Source of the DNA: an uncultured Clostridia bacterium | GTDB taxonomy: Bacteria > Bacillota > Clostridia > TANB77 > CAG-508 | Direction: 5' to 3' | Assembly (NCBI GenBank): GCA_944386325.1 | Contig: CALXAP010000005.1 | Coordinates: 32,377-96,376, forward strand | DNA: 64,000 nt | In this document: positions 32,521 through 43,489 of the stretch, piece after piece | How positions within the stretch are numbered: the first letter of the stretch is position 1 | Layout of the letters: the number at the start of each line of letters is the position of its first letter | Position numbers and translations under genes: made by a program | The notes under the pieces: model-generated | Told to the model about the DNA's origin: nothing | Database searches by the model: none | Seen by the model: the letters and a program-made list of their open reading frames with translations, nothing else

Positions 32521-33731
32521 TGATTAGAAATTTGAAAACAAAGTTCATTTTAATTTCTATGTTATCAATCATATTAGTAACAGGAAGTATATTTGGAGTT
32601 ATTATTTTTGAAAATTATACAAGAACAAATAGGCAAATTGATGGTATGCTAAATTTAATATCAGAAAATGATGGTAGGTTTCCAGAATATAGACCTAGAA
32701 ATGATGAGTTGGCAGAAATTATAACCCAAGAAACGCAATTTACAACTAGATATTTTATTATAAAGATGGATGAGAATGAAGAGATAATTGAGGCAAATAT
32801 GCAACATATAGCAGCAATTAATCAAGAAGAAGCATTACAAATAGTAGATGAAGTTATGGATAAAGAAAAAAATATAGGTTATTATGAAAACTATAAGTAT
32901 GAAATAACTTCAAAAGATTATGGCAAATTAATAGTATTTTTAGATTGTACAATACAATTAAATAATCTCAAATCAATAATTGAGCAGTCTATAATTATAA
33001 TTTTTACAGGATTAGTAATTGTATTCATATTTGTTTCAATATTATCTAAAAAGGCTTTAACACCAATAATAGAAAGTATAGAAAAACAAAAGCAATTTAT
33101 AACAAATGCAGGACATGAATTAAAAACTCCTGTGGCTGTTATAATGGCAAATGCTGATGTAATGGAAATGACATCAAAAGAGAATTTGGAATGGATAAGA
33201 AGTATAAAAAATCAGGCAACAAGATTAGATATTCTAATTAAAAGTTTACTTAGTTTGGCTAATATTGAAGAAAAAGGTGCAAAAATTAATTATGTAGATT
33301 TTTCAATAACTGATGTAGTAAAAGATGAGATACAAGAATTTAAAGCAATGACACAGAATAAAAAAATAATTTTTAATTCAGAAAAAAATATACATATGTA
33401 TGCAGATGTAAACAGTATTAAACAATTAGTAACTATTTTATTAGATAATGCATTAAAGTATACACCAGAAAATGGTGTAATAGAAATAAAAATAGAAAAA
33501 CAAAACAAAAGTACAAAAATACAATTTATAAACACTTGTGAAAATGCAAAAAGCATTAATACCAAAAAGATGTTTGATAGGTTTTATAGAGGTGATAAAT
33601 CAAGAAGTAAATCTAAAGAAGGATATGGAATAGGTTTGTCAATTGCAAAATCTATAGTAGAAGCACATAAAGGAAAAATTTCAGCAGATATAAATAAAGA
33701 AGGAAAGATTTGTTTTACTATAATAATTTAA
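32520..33731 (+). CDS. Sensor histidine kinase.
   Basis: Two TM segments, an H-box (NAGHELKTP), and N/G1/G2 ATPase boxes (LLDNALKYT...GYGIGLSIAK). Overlaps the regulator stop codon. Confidence 0.8.
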   Translation: MIRNLKTKFILISMLSIILVTGSIFGVIIFENYTRTNRQIDGMLNLISENDGRFPEYRPRNDELAEIITQETQFTTRYFIIKMDENEEIIEANMQHIAAINQEEALQIVDEVMDKEKNIGYYENYKYEITSKDYGKLIVFLDCTIQLNNLKSIIEQSIIIIFTGLVIVFIFVSILSKKALTPIIESIEKQKQFITNAGHELKTPVAVIMANADVMEMTSKENLEWIRSIKNQATRLDILIKSLLSLANIEEKGAKINYVDFSITDVVKDEIQEFKAMTQNKKIIFNSEKNIHMYADVNSIKQLVTILLDNALKYTPENGVIEIKIEKQNKSTKIQFINTCENAKSINTKKMFDRFYRGDKSRSKSKEGYGIGLSIAKSIVEAHKGKISADINKEGKICFTIII

Positions 33732-33890
33732 TTAATTAATTTATTTATATTTAACAATGTAAAATAAATAGTTTTTATATAGAAAAACATTCATTTAAAA
33801 AATGATAAAAAATAATTATAATTTAATAGATTACTTGAAAAATGAGTTAATATATAATAAAATAAACATACATAAATATAGACATTTGAG

Positions 33891-35279
33891 GTGAATATGT
33901 TGAAAAATGATGAAATAGATATTCAAAATAAATATATAAGTAAATTAAGACAAATAATTAGTGGAAAAAAATATTATATATTAACAATGGGTTGTAATTT
34001 AAATGAAAATGATTCTGAAAAAATAGCAGGTATGCTTGAAAAAATTGGATATAATAAAGTGGATGAAATGAATAAGGCAGATTTGATTATTTTTAATACC
34101 TGTTGTATAAGAGAAAATGCAGAAGATAAGGTTTTCGGTAAACTTGGAGAAGCCAAAAAAGTAAAAGAGAAAAATAATGCAATAATTGCTTTATGTGGTT
34201 GTATGATGCAACAAAAACATATTATAGAAAAATTAAATAAAAGTTATCCATTTGTGGATATAATATTTGGAACACATACATTACATAAATTACCTGAGGA
34301 TTTATATAAACTTATTGTAGCAAAAAATAAGGTAAGAGATGTAATTGATATAGATGGAGAAATATATGAAGGTATCCCTATAAAAAGAACAAGTAAAAAT
34401 AAGGCATTAGTAACAATAATGTATGGTTGTAATAATTTTTGTACATATTGTATTGTTCCATATGTTAGAGGAAGAGAAAGAAGTAGAAAAGCAGAAAATA
34501 TATTAAGTGAAATTCAAGAACTTGCTAAAAAAGGATATAAAGAAATAACTTTATTAGGACAAAATGTAAATTCATATAAAGGTAATGGATATAAAGAAAT
34601 ATATACTTTTGCAGATTTGCTAAGAGCGGTAAATGATATAGATGGAATTGAAATAATAAATTTTATATCACCACACCCAAAAGATTTTACAGATGATGTA
34701 ATAGATGCAATTAGAGATTGCAAAAAAATAAGTAGGATATTACATTTGCCATTACAATCAGGTAGTTCTAATGTATTAAAATTAATGAATAGAAAATATA
34801 CAAAAGAAGGATATATAAATTTAGCTAAAAAAATAAAACATGAAGTACCTGATGTAGTATTTTCAACAGATATAATAGTTGGTTTTCCAGGTGAAACAGA
34901 AGAAGATTTTAAAGATACATTAGATGTTGTAAAAACTATAAACTTTGAACAAGTGTTTATGTTTATATATTCAAAAAGGGTTGGTACTCCAGCAGAAAAA
35001 ATGGAAAATCAAATAGATGAAAAAGTAAAACATGAAAGATTTGAAAGATTAAAACAATTAGTAGAAAAACAATTAGAAGAAAATAATAAAAAATATATAG
35101 GAACAGAGCAAGAGATATTAATAGAAGGTGTTAGCAAAAATAATAAAAATACATTAACAGGGAGAACAAAAACAAATAAAATAGTAATTTTGGAAGCAGA
35201 TGATAGTTATATTGGAAAAATTATAAATGTAAAAATTGTTTCTGAGCATATGTGGTATTTGAAAGGTGAGATGGTATAA
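33891..35279 (+). CDS. miaB: tRNA-i6A37 methylthiotransferase MiaB (radical SAM MTTase).
   Basis: MTTase N-terminal domain, radical-SAM CNNFCTYC motif, and TRAM domain. Conserved miaB-mutS synteny. Confidence 0.8.
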   Translation: MNMLKNDEIDIQNKYISKLRQIISGKKYYILTMGCNLNENDSEKIAGMLEKIGYNKVDEMNKADLIIFNTCCIRENAEDKVFGKLGEAKKVKEKNNAIIALCGCMMQQKHIIEKLNKSYPFVDIIFGTHTLHKLPEDLYKLIVAKNKVRDVIDIDGEIYEGIPIKRTSKNKALVTIMYGCNNFCTYCIVPYVRGRERSRKAENILSEIQELAKKGYKEITLLGQNVNSYKGNGYKEIYTFADLLRAVNDIDGIEIINFISPHPKDFTDDVIDAIRDCKKISRILHLPLQSGSSNVLKLMNRKYTKEGYINLAKKIKHEVPDVVFSTDIIVGFPGETEEDFKDTLDVVKTINFEQVFMFIYSKRVGTPAEKMENQIDEKVKHERFERLKQLVEKQLEENNKKYIGTEQEILIEGVSKNNKNTLTGRTKTNKIVILEADDSYIGKIINVKIVSEHMWYLKGEMV

Positions 35280-37906
35280 TGTCAATAGATGATGTAGATA
35301 TGAATAAATTAAGTCCAATGATGAAACATTATATAGATATAAGAAAACAATATAAAGATTGTTTAGTATTTTATAGACTAGGAGATTTTTATGAATTATT
35401 TTTTGATGACGCTATAACCGCTTCTCGCGAACTAGAAATTACTCTTACTGGTAGGGATTGTGGATTAGACGAAAGAGCACCAATGTGTGGTGTTCCTTTT
35501 CATGCAGCAGAAAATTATATTTCAAAATTAATTGAAAAAGGATATAAAGTAGCAATATGTGAACAATTAGAAGATCCTGCTAAAGTAAAAGGAATAGTAA
35601 AAAGAGATGTAATAAGAGTAGTAACACCAGGAACTGTTATAGAATCTAATATGTTAAATGAAAAAGAAAATAATTATATAATGTCAATATTTAAAAGAGG
35701 AATATACTTTGGAATTGCAGTATGTGATGTAAGCACAGGAGATTTTTTTGCTTCTGAAATAAAACAAACAAATAATTTTAATACATTATTAGATGAGATT
35801 GCAAGATATAATCCTGCAGAATTAATAGTTAATAATATTTTTTATAATACAGAAGAAGAGATAAAAAAAATTAAAGAAAGATTTAATGTTTATATAACTA
35901 ATTTGCCAGAAAATAATTTTAGAGAAGATTATAAAGAATTAGAAAACAATTATAAAATTTTAGATGATAATGAAACAGAGATTAAAGATTTAAGTAGTAA
36001 AATTTTTGCAGTAGTTGCAACAAATGCATTACTTGATTATTTAAATCAAACTCAAAAAATAAAATTAGAACATATAAATACAATAAAACTATATAATATA
36101 AGTAAATACATGATATTAGATATAAATGCAAGAAGACATCTAGAAATAACAGAGAAAATGAAAGATAGAAATAGAAAAGGCACATTATTATGGGTTTTAG
36201 ACAGAACATCAACATCTATGGGAGGAAGATTACTAAAAAGATGGATTAATAATCCATTATTAAATATAGAAGAAATAAATAATAGGCTAAATTCTGTAAA
36301 AGAACTTAAAGACAATATAATGTTAAGAGATGAATTGCAAGAATGTTTAAAAAAAGTATATGATATTGAAAGATTAATAGGAAAAATATCATTTGGAAAT
36401 GCAAATGGAAGAGATATGATATCATTAAAAAACTCATTAAAACAATTACCAGAGATAAAACAATTACTTTCAAATACAAATTCTGAATATCTAAAAACTT
36501 TATATAAAAATTTAGATACAATAGATGATGTTTGCGAATTAATAGATAAATCAATAATAGAAGAACCACCTATTACTATAAAAGAAGGTGGAATAATAAA
36601 ATTAGGATATAATGAAGAAATAGATAGATATAAAAAAGCATCAACAGAGGGAAAAAATTGGCTTATAAACTTAGAACAAGAAGAAAGAAATAAAACAGGA
36701 ATAAAAAATTTAAAAATAGGATTTAATAAAGTGTTTGGATATTTTATAGAAGTTACAAAATCAAATTTAAATCAAGTTCCAGAAAGATTTATAAGAAAAC
36801 AAACATTAACAAATTGTGAAAGATATATAACAGAAGAATTAAAAAATATGGAAGATGAAATACTTGGAGCACAAGAAAAAATCGTAAATTTAGAATATGA
36901 AGTCTTTTTAGAGATAAGAGATAAAATTGCAAAACAAATAGAAAGAATACAACAAACCGCTTCCATAATAGCAACACTTGATGTATTAATATCATATGCA
37001 ATTGTTGCAGATGACTATAATTATGTAATGCCTATTGTAGATAATGAAGGTGAAATAGATATAAAAGCAGGTAGACATCCTGTAATAGAAAAGATGCTAC
37101 CTAGAAATGAATTTGTAGACAATGATACATATTTAAATCTAGATAAAGATAGATTCTCAATAATTACAGGACCTAATATGGCAGGAAAATCAACATATAT
37201 GAGACAAGTTGCCTTAATAACAATTATGGCTCAAATTGGTAGTTTTGTTCCAGCAAGTTATGCAAAAATCGGAATTGTAGATAAAATATTTACTAGGGTT
37301 GGAGCATCTGACGATTTAGGAATGGGTCAAAGTACATTCATGGTAGAAATGATGGAAGTTGCAGATATATTAAAAAATGCAACAAAAAATAGTTTAGTAA
37401 TACTTGATGAAATAGGTAGAGGAACATCAACATATGATGGATTATCAATTGCATGGTCAGTAGTTGAGTATATGGCCAATAAAGATAATATAGGCTGTAA
37501 AACATTATTTGCAACACATTATCACGAGTTAACACAGTTAGAAGAAAAATTAGATGGTGTAAAAAATTATTCTATTGCAGTAAAAGAAAAAGGAGAAGAC
37601 ATAATTTTCTTAAGAAAAATTATTCCAGAAGGAACAGATGAGAGTTATGGTATACATGTTGCAAAACTAGCAGGTGTACCAAAGCCAGTAATAAAAAGGT
37701 CTAATGAGATTTTAAGAACTTTGGAAAAGAAAGTAAATGTAAATGATAGCTTTGCAAATAATAAAAAATCAGTTGAAGGTCAATTAGATATGTATAATTA
37801 TAAATTAGCAGATATAGCACATGAGATAGATAAAATAAATGTAAATGAATTAACACCAGTTGATGCATTAAATGTAATTGTAAAAATAAAAGAGAAAATG
37901 GGATAA
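35279..37906 (+). CDS. mutS: DNA mismatch repair protein MutS.
   Basis: Mismatch-binding N-terminus (FYELFFDDA), Walker A GPNMAGKST, and a DE..GRGTST ATPase core. Confidence 0.9.
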   Translation: MSIDDVDMNKLSPMMKHYIDIRKQYKDCLVFYRLGDFYELFFDDAITASRELEITLTGRDCGLDERAPMCGVPFHAAENYISKLIEKGYKVAICEQLEDPAKVKGIVKRDVIRVVTPGTVIESNMLNEKENNYIMSIFKRGIYFGIAVCDVSTGDFFASEIKQTNNFNTLLDEIARYNPAELIVNNIFYNTEEEIKKIKERFNVYITNLPENNFREDYKELENNYKILDDNETEIKDLSSKIFAVVATNALLDYLNQTQKIKLEHINTIKLYNISKYMILDINARRHLEITEKMKDRNRKGTLLWVLDRTSTSMGGRLLKRWINNPLLNIEEINNRLNSVKELKDNIMLRDELQECLKKVYDIERLIGKISFGNANGRDMISLKNSLKQLPEIKQLLSNTNSEYLKTLYKNLDTIDDVCELIDKSIIEEPPITIKEGGIIKLGYNEEIDRYKKASTEGKNWLINLEQEERNKTGIKNLKIGFNKVFGYFIEVTKSNLNQVPERFIRKQTLTNCERYITEELKNMEDEILGAQEKIVNLEYEVFLEIRDKIAKQIERIQQTASIIATLDVLISYAIVADDYNYVMPIVDNEGEIDIKAGRHPVIEKMLPRNEFVDNDTYLNLDKDRFSIITGPNMAGKSTYMRQVALITIMAQIGSFVPASYAKIGIVDKIFTRVGASDDLGMGQSTFMVEMMEVADILKNATKNSLVILDEIGRGTSTYDGLSIAWSVVEYMANKDNIGCKTLFATHYHELTQLEEKLDGVKNYSIAVKEKGEDIIFLRKIIPEGTDESYGIHVAKLAGVPKPVIKRSNEILRTLEKKVNVNDSFANNKKSVEGQLDMYNYKLADIAHEIDKINVNELTPVDALNVIVKIKEKMG

Positions 37907-38003
37907 AATAAAGAATAACATAATATATATTATATGAATATAATAAAGTAAAAACTATACTTAATTAATTATAGTTTTTACTTTATTATTATGGGGTAAA
38001 AAA

Positions 38004-38984
38004 ATGAATACTATTGTTCAGAAATATGGAGGAAAATTGGTTGCAGATAAAGAAAAAATGAGTAAAATAGCTCAAATTATTACAAATACTTATGATGAAG
38101 GAAATAAAGTTCTTGTTACTATTTCTGCTATGGGAGATACAACAAATAAATTGGAAGAACAAATATCTAAATTTAGTGTAAATCCAAATAAAAGAGAAGT
38201 TGATGTTGTACTTTCAGTTGGTGAGCAAATATCTATTGGATTATTAAGTATGATTCTCAATGATATGGGATATAAAGCAATAAGTCTTACAGGGTGGCAA
38301 GCTGGAATTCAAACAGATAATAATTATACAAATTCAAACATAATAAATATAAATGCTGAAAAAATACAAGAAAAATTAAATGATGGATATATAGTTATTG
38401 TAGCAGGATTTCAGGGCGTTGATGAAAATATGAATATAACTACTTTAGGTAGAGGTGGATCAGATACAACTGCTATATGTCTTGCTGCTAAACTTGAAGC
38501 GGAATATTGCGAAATATATAAGGATACTAGATGTATATTTACAGCAGATCCAAAATTAGTTAAAAATGCAAAAAAACTAAATTTTATTGGATATAATCAA
38601 ATGATTGAATTATCTAAAATGGGAGCAAAAGTACTCGCAACAAAGGCATTAGAGTATGCAAGGGATAATGAACTTGAGATTGTGGTAAAAGCTGTAGATA
38701 CAAATGAAATTGGAACAAAAATAAGTAATGGAGAATGTTTAACTAATTATCCAATAGTAAGTTGCACTAAAAAAGAAAGTTCAATAAATAAAGATATTGT
38801 AACTTTTTTAAAGAATAGATTATACAGTAAGAAAAATGAACCATATTATGTTATAGAAAGAATAATTGAAGAAGAAAATATAAAGGATTATATAATAAAT
38901 AATAATGATGATATTGTTTCAGTAATAATTGATAAAAAAATATCCTTGGATTTTCTTAGAAAAGTACATGATAGATTAATATAA
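38004..38984 (+). CDS. Amino-acid-kinase-family protein, aspartokinase-like and apparently lacking ACT regulatory domains.
   Basis: N-terminus IVQKYGGKLVADKEKM...LVTISAMGDTTN resembles aspartokinase, but the protein is only 326 aa. Confidence 0.45.
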   Translation: MNTIVQKYGGKLVADKEKMSKIAQIITNTYDEGNKVLVTISAMGDTTNKLEEQISKFSVNPNKREVDVVLSVGEQISIGLLSMILNDMGYKAISLTGWQAGIQTDNNYTNSNIININAEKIQEKLNDGYIVIVAGFQGVDENMNITTLGRGGSDTTAICLAAKLEAEYCEIYKDTRCIFTADPKLVKNAKKLNFIGYNQMIELSKMGAKVLATKALEYARDNELEIVVKAVDTNEIGTKISNGECLTNYPIVSCTKKESSINKDIVTFLKNRLYSKKNEPYYVIERIIEEENIKDYIINNNDDIVSVIIDKKISLDFLRKVHDRLI

Positions 38985-39093
38985 TGAAAATAAGGTAAAT
39001 ATAAATAATTTATGTTTGCCTTATTTTTAGTTCTAAATAAGACAAGATGTGAATATATATAAATTATAATAATTTATTTAATGGGAGGTAAAA

Positions 39094-39390
39094 ATGAATA
39101 TAGATGAGAGAAAAACAATAGCAAATAGTGTTATTCAAAATATAGTTTTAGAAAATAGAAATAAATTAACTATATCTGGTGTTTTAGATGTTTTAAGTTT
39201 TGATGATCAAATTGTAATTCTTGAAACAGATTTAGGTTTATTAAATATAAAAGGGGAAGATATAAGAATAAATAAATTGAGTATAGATACGTCTGATGTA
39301 ATATTAGAAGGAGAAATAGATTCTCTTTCATATTCTCAAAAAGATGAAAATAAAAAAGGCAGTTCAATTCTCGGAAAAATATTTAAATAA
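39094..39390 (+). CDS. yabP: Sporulation protein YabP.
   Basis: Roughly 100 aa YabP family pattern. Followed by yabQ and divIC, as in Bacillus. Confidence 0.65.
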   Translation: MNIDERKTIANSVIQNIVLENRNKLTISGVLDVLSFDDQIVILETDLGLLNIKGEDIRINKLSIDTSDVILEGEIDSLSYSQKDENKKGSSILGKIFK

Positions 39391-39402
39391 TAGGAGTTTA
39401 TA

Positions 39403-39819
39403 ATGAATGCACTTTTTTTAGAACAGATATATATTTTTTTTATATTTATTATATGTGGGGTTATTATTGGAATTATATTTGATATTTTTAGAATACTTAG
39501 AAAAAGTTTTAAAACACCAGATATCATAACTTATATTGAAGACATATTGTTTTGGATTATAACATGTGTGCTATTTGCGTATACGATTTTTACATATAAT
39601 AATGGAGAAATACGTTTGTATATTTTTATTGGCGCATTAGTGGGAATATTAATGTATATATTAACAATAAGCAGATATTTTATAAAATTTTGTGTAAAGA
39701 TTATAGAAATAATAAAAAAAGTTATAAAAAAATTTGTTGTTTATCCATTAAAAATAATACTAAAAATATTGAGAAAGTTAGTTTTTAAACCAATATTTTT
39801 TCGGATATATAAACATTAA
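39403..39819 (+). CDS. yabQ: Spore cortex biosynthesis membrane protein YabQ.
   Basis: 138 aa, multi-TM. Conserved position after yabP. Confidence 0.5.
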   Translation: MNALFLEQIYIFFIFIICGVIIGIIFDIFRILRKSFKTPDIITYIEDILFWIITCVLFAYTIFTYNNGEIRLYIFIGALVGILMYILTISRYFIKFCVKIIEIIKKVIKKFVVYPLKIILKILRKLVFKPIFFRIYKH

Positions 39820-39944
39820 AAAAGCAATAAAAGATATAATTAAAAGATTATATAAAAATAATGTAAAAAAAGGAAAAACAAAGAAGGAATTTACTTGATT
39901 TTGTAGAATATATTATATATAAATATTTTAGTGGAGTAATTTGC

Positions 39945-40226
39945 ATGAAAAAAAGAATAAATATAAAGAAAAATTATAAAAAAATATTTTTTATTGCAAT
40001 ATTTATATATGTTGCATGTATATTTATAAATCAACAAAAAACTTTAAATTCATATAAAGCTAATCAAGAATATTATGCAGCTCAAATAAAACAAGAAACT
40101 GAATATAAAGAAACTTTAATTGCAATGAAAGACAATATAAATTCACCAGAATATATAGAAAAAATAGCCAGAGAAAAGTTAGATATGTATTTGCCAAATG
40201 AAAGAATATATAAGATATATAATTAA
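39945..40226 (+). CDS. divIC: Septum formation initiator, DivIC/FtsB family.
   Basis: N-terminal TM helix followed by a coiled coil. Synteny yabP-yabQ-divIC. Confidence 0.6.
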   Translation: MKKRINIKKNYKKIFFIAIFIYVACIFINQQKTLNSYKANQEYYAAQIKQETEYKETLIAMKDNINSPEYIEKIAREKLDMYLPNERIYKIYN

Positions 40227-40254
40227 CTATACATATATTTGTATAGTTTTTTTA
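40227..40254 (+). terminator. Rho-independent terminator.
   Basis: ACTATACATATATTTGTATAGT hairpin followed by a T7 run. Confidence 0.65.
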
Positions 40255-40413
40255 GTCGTAGAAAATTATAAATCCCCATAAAAAATAAAATTAAATATAA
40301 AGATTTTATGTCATAAGATTTTATTTCAAACAAAATTATTTCATGTGAATATATGAATTATATAATAAATTAAAAATTGATATTTACTTTAGTATATTAA
40401 TTGAAAAGGAGAT

Positions 40414-41700
40414 ATGATGGAATATAATGATTTAACACTTACAGAATTAAAAAAAATAGCAAAAGAAAATAATATTGTAAATATATCAAGATTATCAAAA
40501 AGTGAATTGATAGATATTTTAAAAGAAAAAATAAATAAAAATGATAAACCAGATGATAGTATAAACTCATATAAATTAACAAATGAAGGAGACGAAATAA
40601 TAGAAGGAATTCTAGAAGTATTACCTGATGGATATGGTTTTTTACGTGGAGATAATTATTTACCTAGTCCAAAAGATGTATATGTTTCTCCTGTACAAAT
40701 AAGAAGATTTAAATTAGAAACAGGAGATAAAATTAAAGGAATTTCCAGAACACCAAAAGAAGAAGAGAAATTTCCTGCACTAATATATGTTGGTGAAGTA
40801 AATGATGAACATCCAGAAGCTTCAATGAAAAGACCTTCTTTTGATGAACTAATACCAATTTATCCAAATGAAAGATTAAGATTAGAAACAACATCTAATG
40901 AATATACTATGAGACTAATTGATTTATTATCACCAATTGGTAAAGGACAAAGAGGGATGATTGTTGCACCTCCTAAAGCTGGTAAAACAACAATACTTAA
41001 AAAAATAGCTAATAGTATAACTAATAATAATCCAGAAGTAGAATTAATAGTTTTATTAATAGATGAAAGACCAGAAGAAGTAACAGATATGAGAAGATCT
41101 ATTAAAGGAGATGTAATATATTCTACATTTGATGAATTACCTGAGCATCATGTTAAGGTAGCTGAAATGGTATTAGAAAGAGCAAAAAGGTTAACAGAAC
41201 AAAACAAAGATGTTGTTGTATTATTAGACAGTATAACAAGACTTGCAAGAGCCTATAATTTAGTTATACCTACATCTGGAAGAACTTTATCAGGTGGTTT
41301 AGATCCAAATGCATTACATAAACCTAAAAGATTTTTTGGAGCAGCTAGAAATACAGAAAATGCTGGAAGTTTAACAATATTGGCATCTGCTTTAATAGAA
41401 ACAGGAAGTAAAATGGATGATGTTATTTTTGAAGAATTTAAAGGTACTGGAAATATGGAAGTTCATTTAGATAGAAAATTATCTGAAAAAAGAATTTTCC
41501 CAGCTATAGATATAAATAAATCTGGAACTAGAAGAGAGGATTTATTATTATCAAAAAAAGAATTAGAAACATTGTATATGTTGAGGAAAGCTATGAATAA
41601 TATGTCAACAGCAGATATGACAGAACAATTAATAAGTAAAATAATAGCAACAAAAAATAATGAAGAATTTATAGCTTTGATTGAAAAAAGCTTAAAATAA
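40414..41700 (+). CDS. rho: Transcription termination factor Rho.
   Basis: N-terminal domain ([12 protein letters not shown]), cold-shock-like RNA-binding domain, and Walker [17 protein letters not shown]. Confidence 0.85.
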   Translation: MMEYNDLTLTELKKIAKENNIVNISRLSKSELIDILKEKINKNDKPDDSINSYKLTNEGDEIIEGILEVLPDGYGFLRGDNYLPSPKDVYVSPVQIRRFKLETGDKIKGISRTPKEEEKFPALIYVGEVNDEHPEASMKRPSFDELIPIYPNERLRLETTSNEYTMRLIDLLSPIGKGQRGMIVAPPKAGKTTILKKIANSITNNNPEVELIVLLIDERPEEVTDMRRSIKGDVIYSTFDELPEHHVKVAEMVLERAKRLTEQNKDVVVLLDSITRLARAYNLVIPTSGRTLSGGLDPNALHKPKRFFGAARNTENAGSLTILASALIETGSKMDDVIFEEFKGTGNMEVHLDRKLSEKRIFPAIDINKSGTRREDLLLSKKELETLYMLRKAMNNMSTADMTEQLISKIIATKNNEEFIALIEKSLK

Positions 41701-41807
41701 GAATAAGTAGAAAAAGTATTATATATTAAACAAAAGAGGGTCAATGTTGAAAAATAATAAATTCTTTTTCAACCGTTTTGTGCCTATAGAAAGGGATGGT
41801 AGTAATT

Positions 41808-42323
41808 ATGAATAATAAAGTATTATTTAAATTAAATTACGGAATGTATATAGTTAGTTCTAAAGCAGAAGAAAAATTTTCAGGTTGTATTGTAAATACT
41901 GTTACACAGATAACTGCTGAGGAGAAACCTAAACTAATAGTAGCAATAAATAAAGGAAATTACACTAACAGTTTAGTAAAAGAAAGTAAAAAAATAAATA
42001 TATCAATATTATCTAATAAAGCTGATATGTTAGAAATAGGAAAATTTGGTTTTCGCTCAGGAAGAGATTCAAATAAATTAGAAGATATTGAATATAAAAT
42101 TGGAAATAATGGTATACCTATAATAACAGAAAATGTTGTAGGATATATGGAATGTGATGTAATAAATATAATAGATTCTGGAACACATGATTTATTTATA
42201 TTAGAAATGCAAGATGGGGAATTTCTAGATGAAAATTTAACACCAATGACATATGAATATTATCATAATGTAATAAAAGGTAAAACTCCACCAAAAGCAT
42301 CTACATATAGTAAAGAAAAATAG
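41808..42323 (+). CDS. Flavin reductase-like (FMN-binding split barrel) protein.
   Basis: Flavin_Reduct family pattern (YIVSSKAEEKFSGCIVNTV...). An alternative in-frame start exists at 41796. Confidence 0.5.
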   Translation: MNNKVLFKLNYGMYIVSSKAEEKFSGCIVNTVTQITAEEKPKLIVAINKGNYTNSLVKESKKINISILSNKADMLEIGKFGFRSGRDSNKLEDIEYKIGNNGIPIITENVVGYMECDVINIIDSGTHDLFILEMQDGEFLDENLTPMTYEYYHNVIKGKTPPKASTYSKEK

Positions 42324-42363
42324 AAGTTTTGTTAGAGCTAAAACAGCTCAGATGGAGGTTTAA

Positions 42364-42825
42364 ATGGATAATTATATGAGATTAGCAAAAGAACAGGCAG
42401 AATACGGGTTAGCACATCACGAAGGAGGACCATTTGGAGCAGTTATAACTGATAAAGAGGGAAATATAATTTCTGTATCTAATAATCAAGTTTTAAAAAA
42501 TAATGACCCAACAGCTCATGCTGAAATTCAAGCTATAAGAGAAGCTTGTAAGAAATTGAGAACATATGATTTATCAAATTGTATATTATATACTTCTTGT
42601 GAGCCATGTCCTATGTGTTTATCTGCTATAATTTGGGCTAATATTTCAAAAATTTATTATGGATGCGATAAAAAAGATGCAGCAAATATTGGGTTCAGAG
42701 ATGATATGATTTATGAATATTTTAATGATAAAAACGAATCAATATTAAAATCTATTCAAATAGATAGAAATGAATGTATAAAATTATTTGAAAAATACAA
42801 AGAAGACAATGGAACTATATACTAA
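42364..42825 (+). CDS. Nucleoside/nucleotide deaminase (CMP/dCMP-type zinc deaminase; guanine-deaminase or TadA-like).
   Basis: Zinc-binding motifs HAEIQAIREA and CEPCPMC. Confidence 0.7.
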   Translation: MDNYMRLAKEQAEYGLAHHEGGPFGAVITDKEGNIISVSNNQVLKNNDPTAHAEIQAIREACKKLRTYDLSNCILYTSCEPCPMCLSAIIWANISKIYYGCDKKDAANIGFRDDMIYEYFNDKNESILKSIQIDRNECIKLFEKYKEDNGTIY

Positions 42826-42828
42826 GAA

Positions 42829-42862
42829 AAGAAACAGCATTAATCATTGATGCTGTTTCTTA
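42829..42862. terminator. Bidirectional hairpin terminator shared by convergent genes.
   Basis: GAAACAGCAT-9nt-ATGCTGTTTC between the deaminase (+) and the minus-strand membrane gene. Confidence 0.5.
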
Positions 42863-43322
42863 CGCTTGCAAAAGATTTATATCTTGATAAAATAAACCTA
42901 CTTATTGAACCTGCTACTATTAAATTTAAAAACATTGCAGCACAAAAGTTTCTAGGCCAAGTTGAAAAGAAATTATTTAATACATAAGCAATATTTCCAT
43001 TGCTTAATAGTCCACCTATAATTGTCATAATAATAGACATCATTGTTACAATAAAAAATGTATTGAATAATATATGTGCATTTTGGCTATCGTTACGACT
43101 TGTAAATTTAGCTATTAATTTACCATTTATGAAATGAACAATAGTATTTTCAATAATAAAAGCTATTACAAAAATCATAGGAAAAGCTTTTGAAGTAGCT
43201 AGTATAGAATTAAAATTAAATCCATTCATATTAATAGAAATGTTTAGTAAAGCCATTCCATAAGCCATAATAAAGCACATACAAATTCCATATAATAATC
43301 CTTCTTTTTTATTTGTTGGCAT
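42840..43322 (-). CDS. Integral membrane protein, unknown function.
   Basis: 160 aa with four predicted TM helices. RBS AGGAGG upstream on the minus strand. Confidence 0.4.
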   Translation of the reverse strand: MPTNKKEGLLYGICMCFIMAYGMALLNISINMNGFNFNSILATSKAFPMIFVIAFIIENTIVHFINGKLIAKFTSRNDSQNAHILFNTFFIVTMMSIIMTIIGGLLSNGNIAYVLNNFFSTWPRNFCAAMFLNLIVAGSISRFILSRYKSFASVRNSIND

Positions 43323-43489
43323 AAAAATTCCTCCTTTATATATAACTTAAAAAGCGCGTGAGCTTCAACTGGATTTACGCAATTAAAGCTACACGCCGAC
43401 TAAAGAATTATAACATATTAAAAAAATTTATGTAAGTAAAAAATTAAAAAATTTTTATTTGAGAAGTAACTATTTGTTACAATTCACGG

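Noticed and set aside
39170-39527. Small minus-strand ORFs (39170..39367-, 39336..39527-) over yabP/yabQ.
   Set aside because: They are antisense to the conserved sporulation genes yabP and yabQ, and they have no translation signals.
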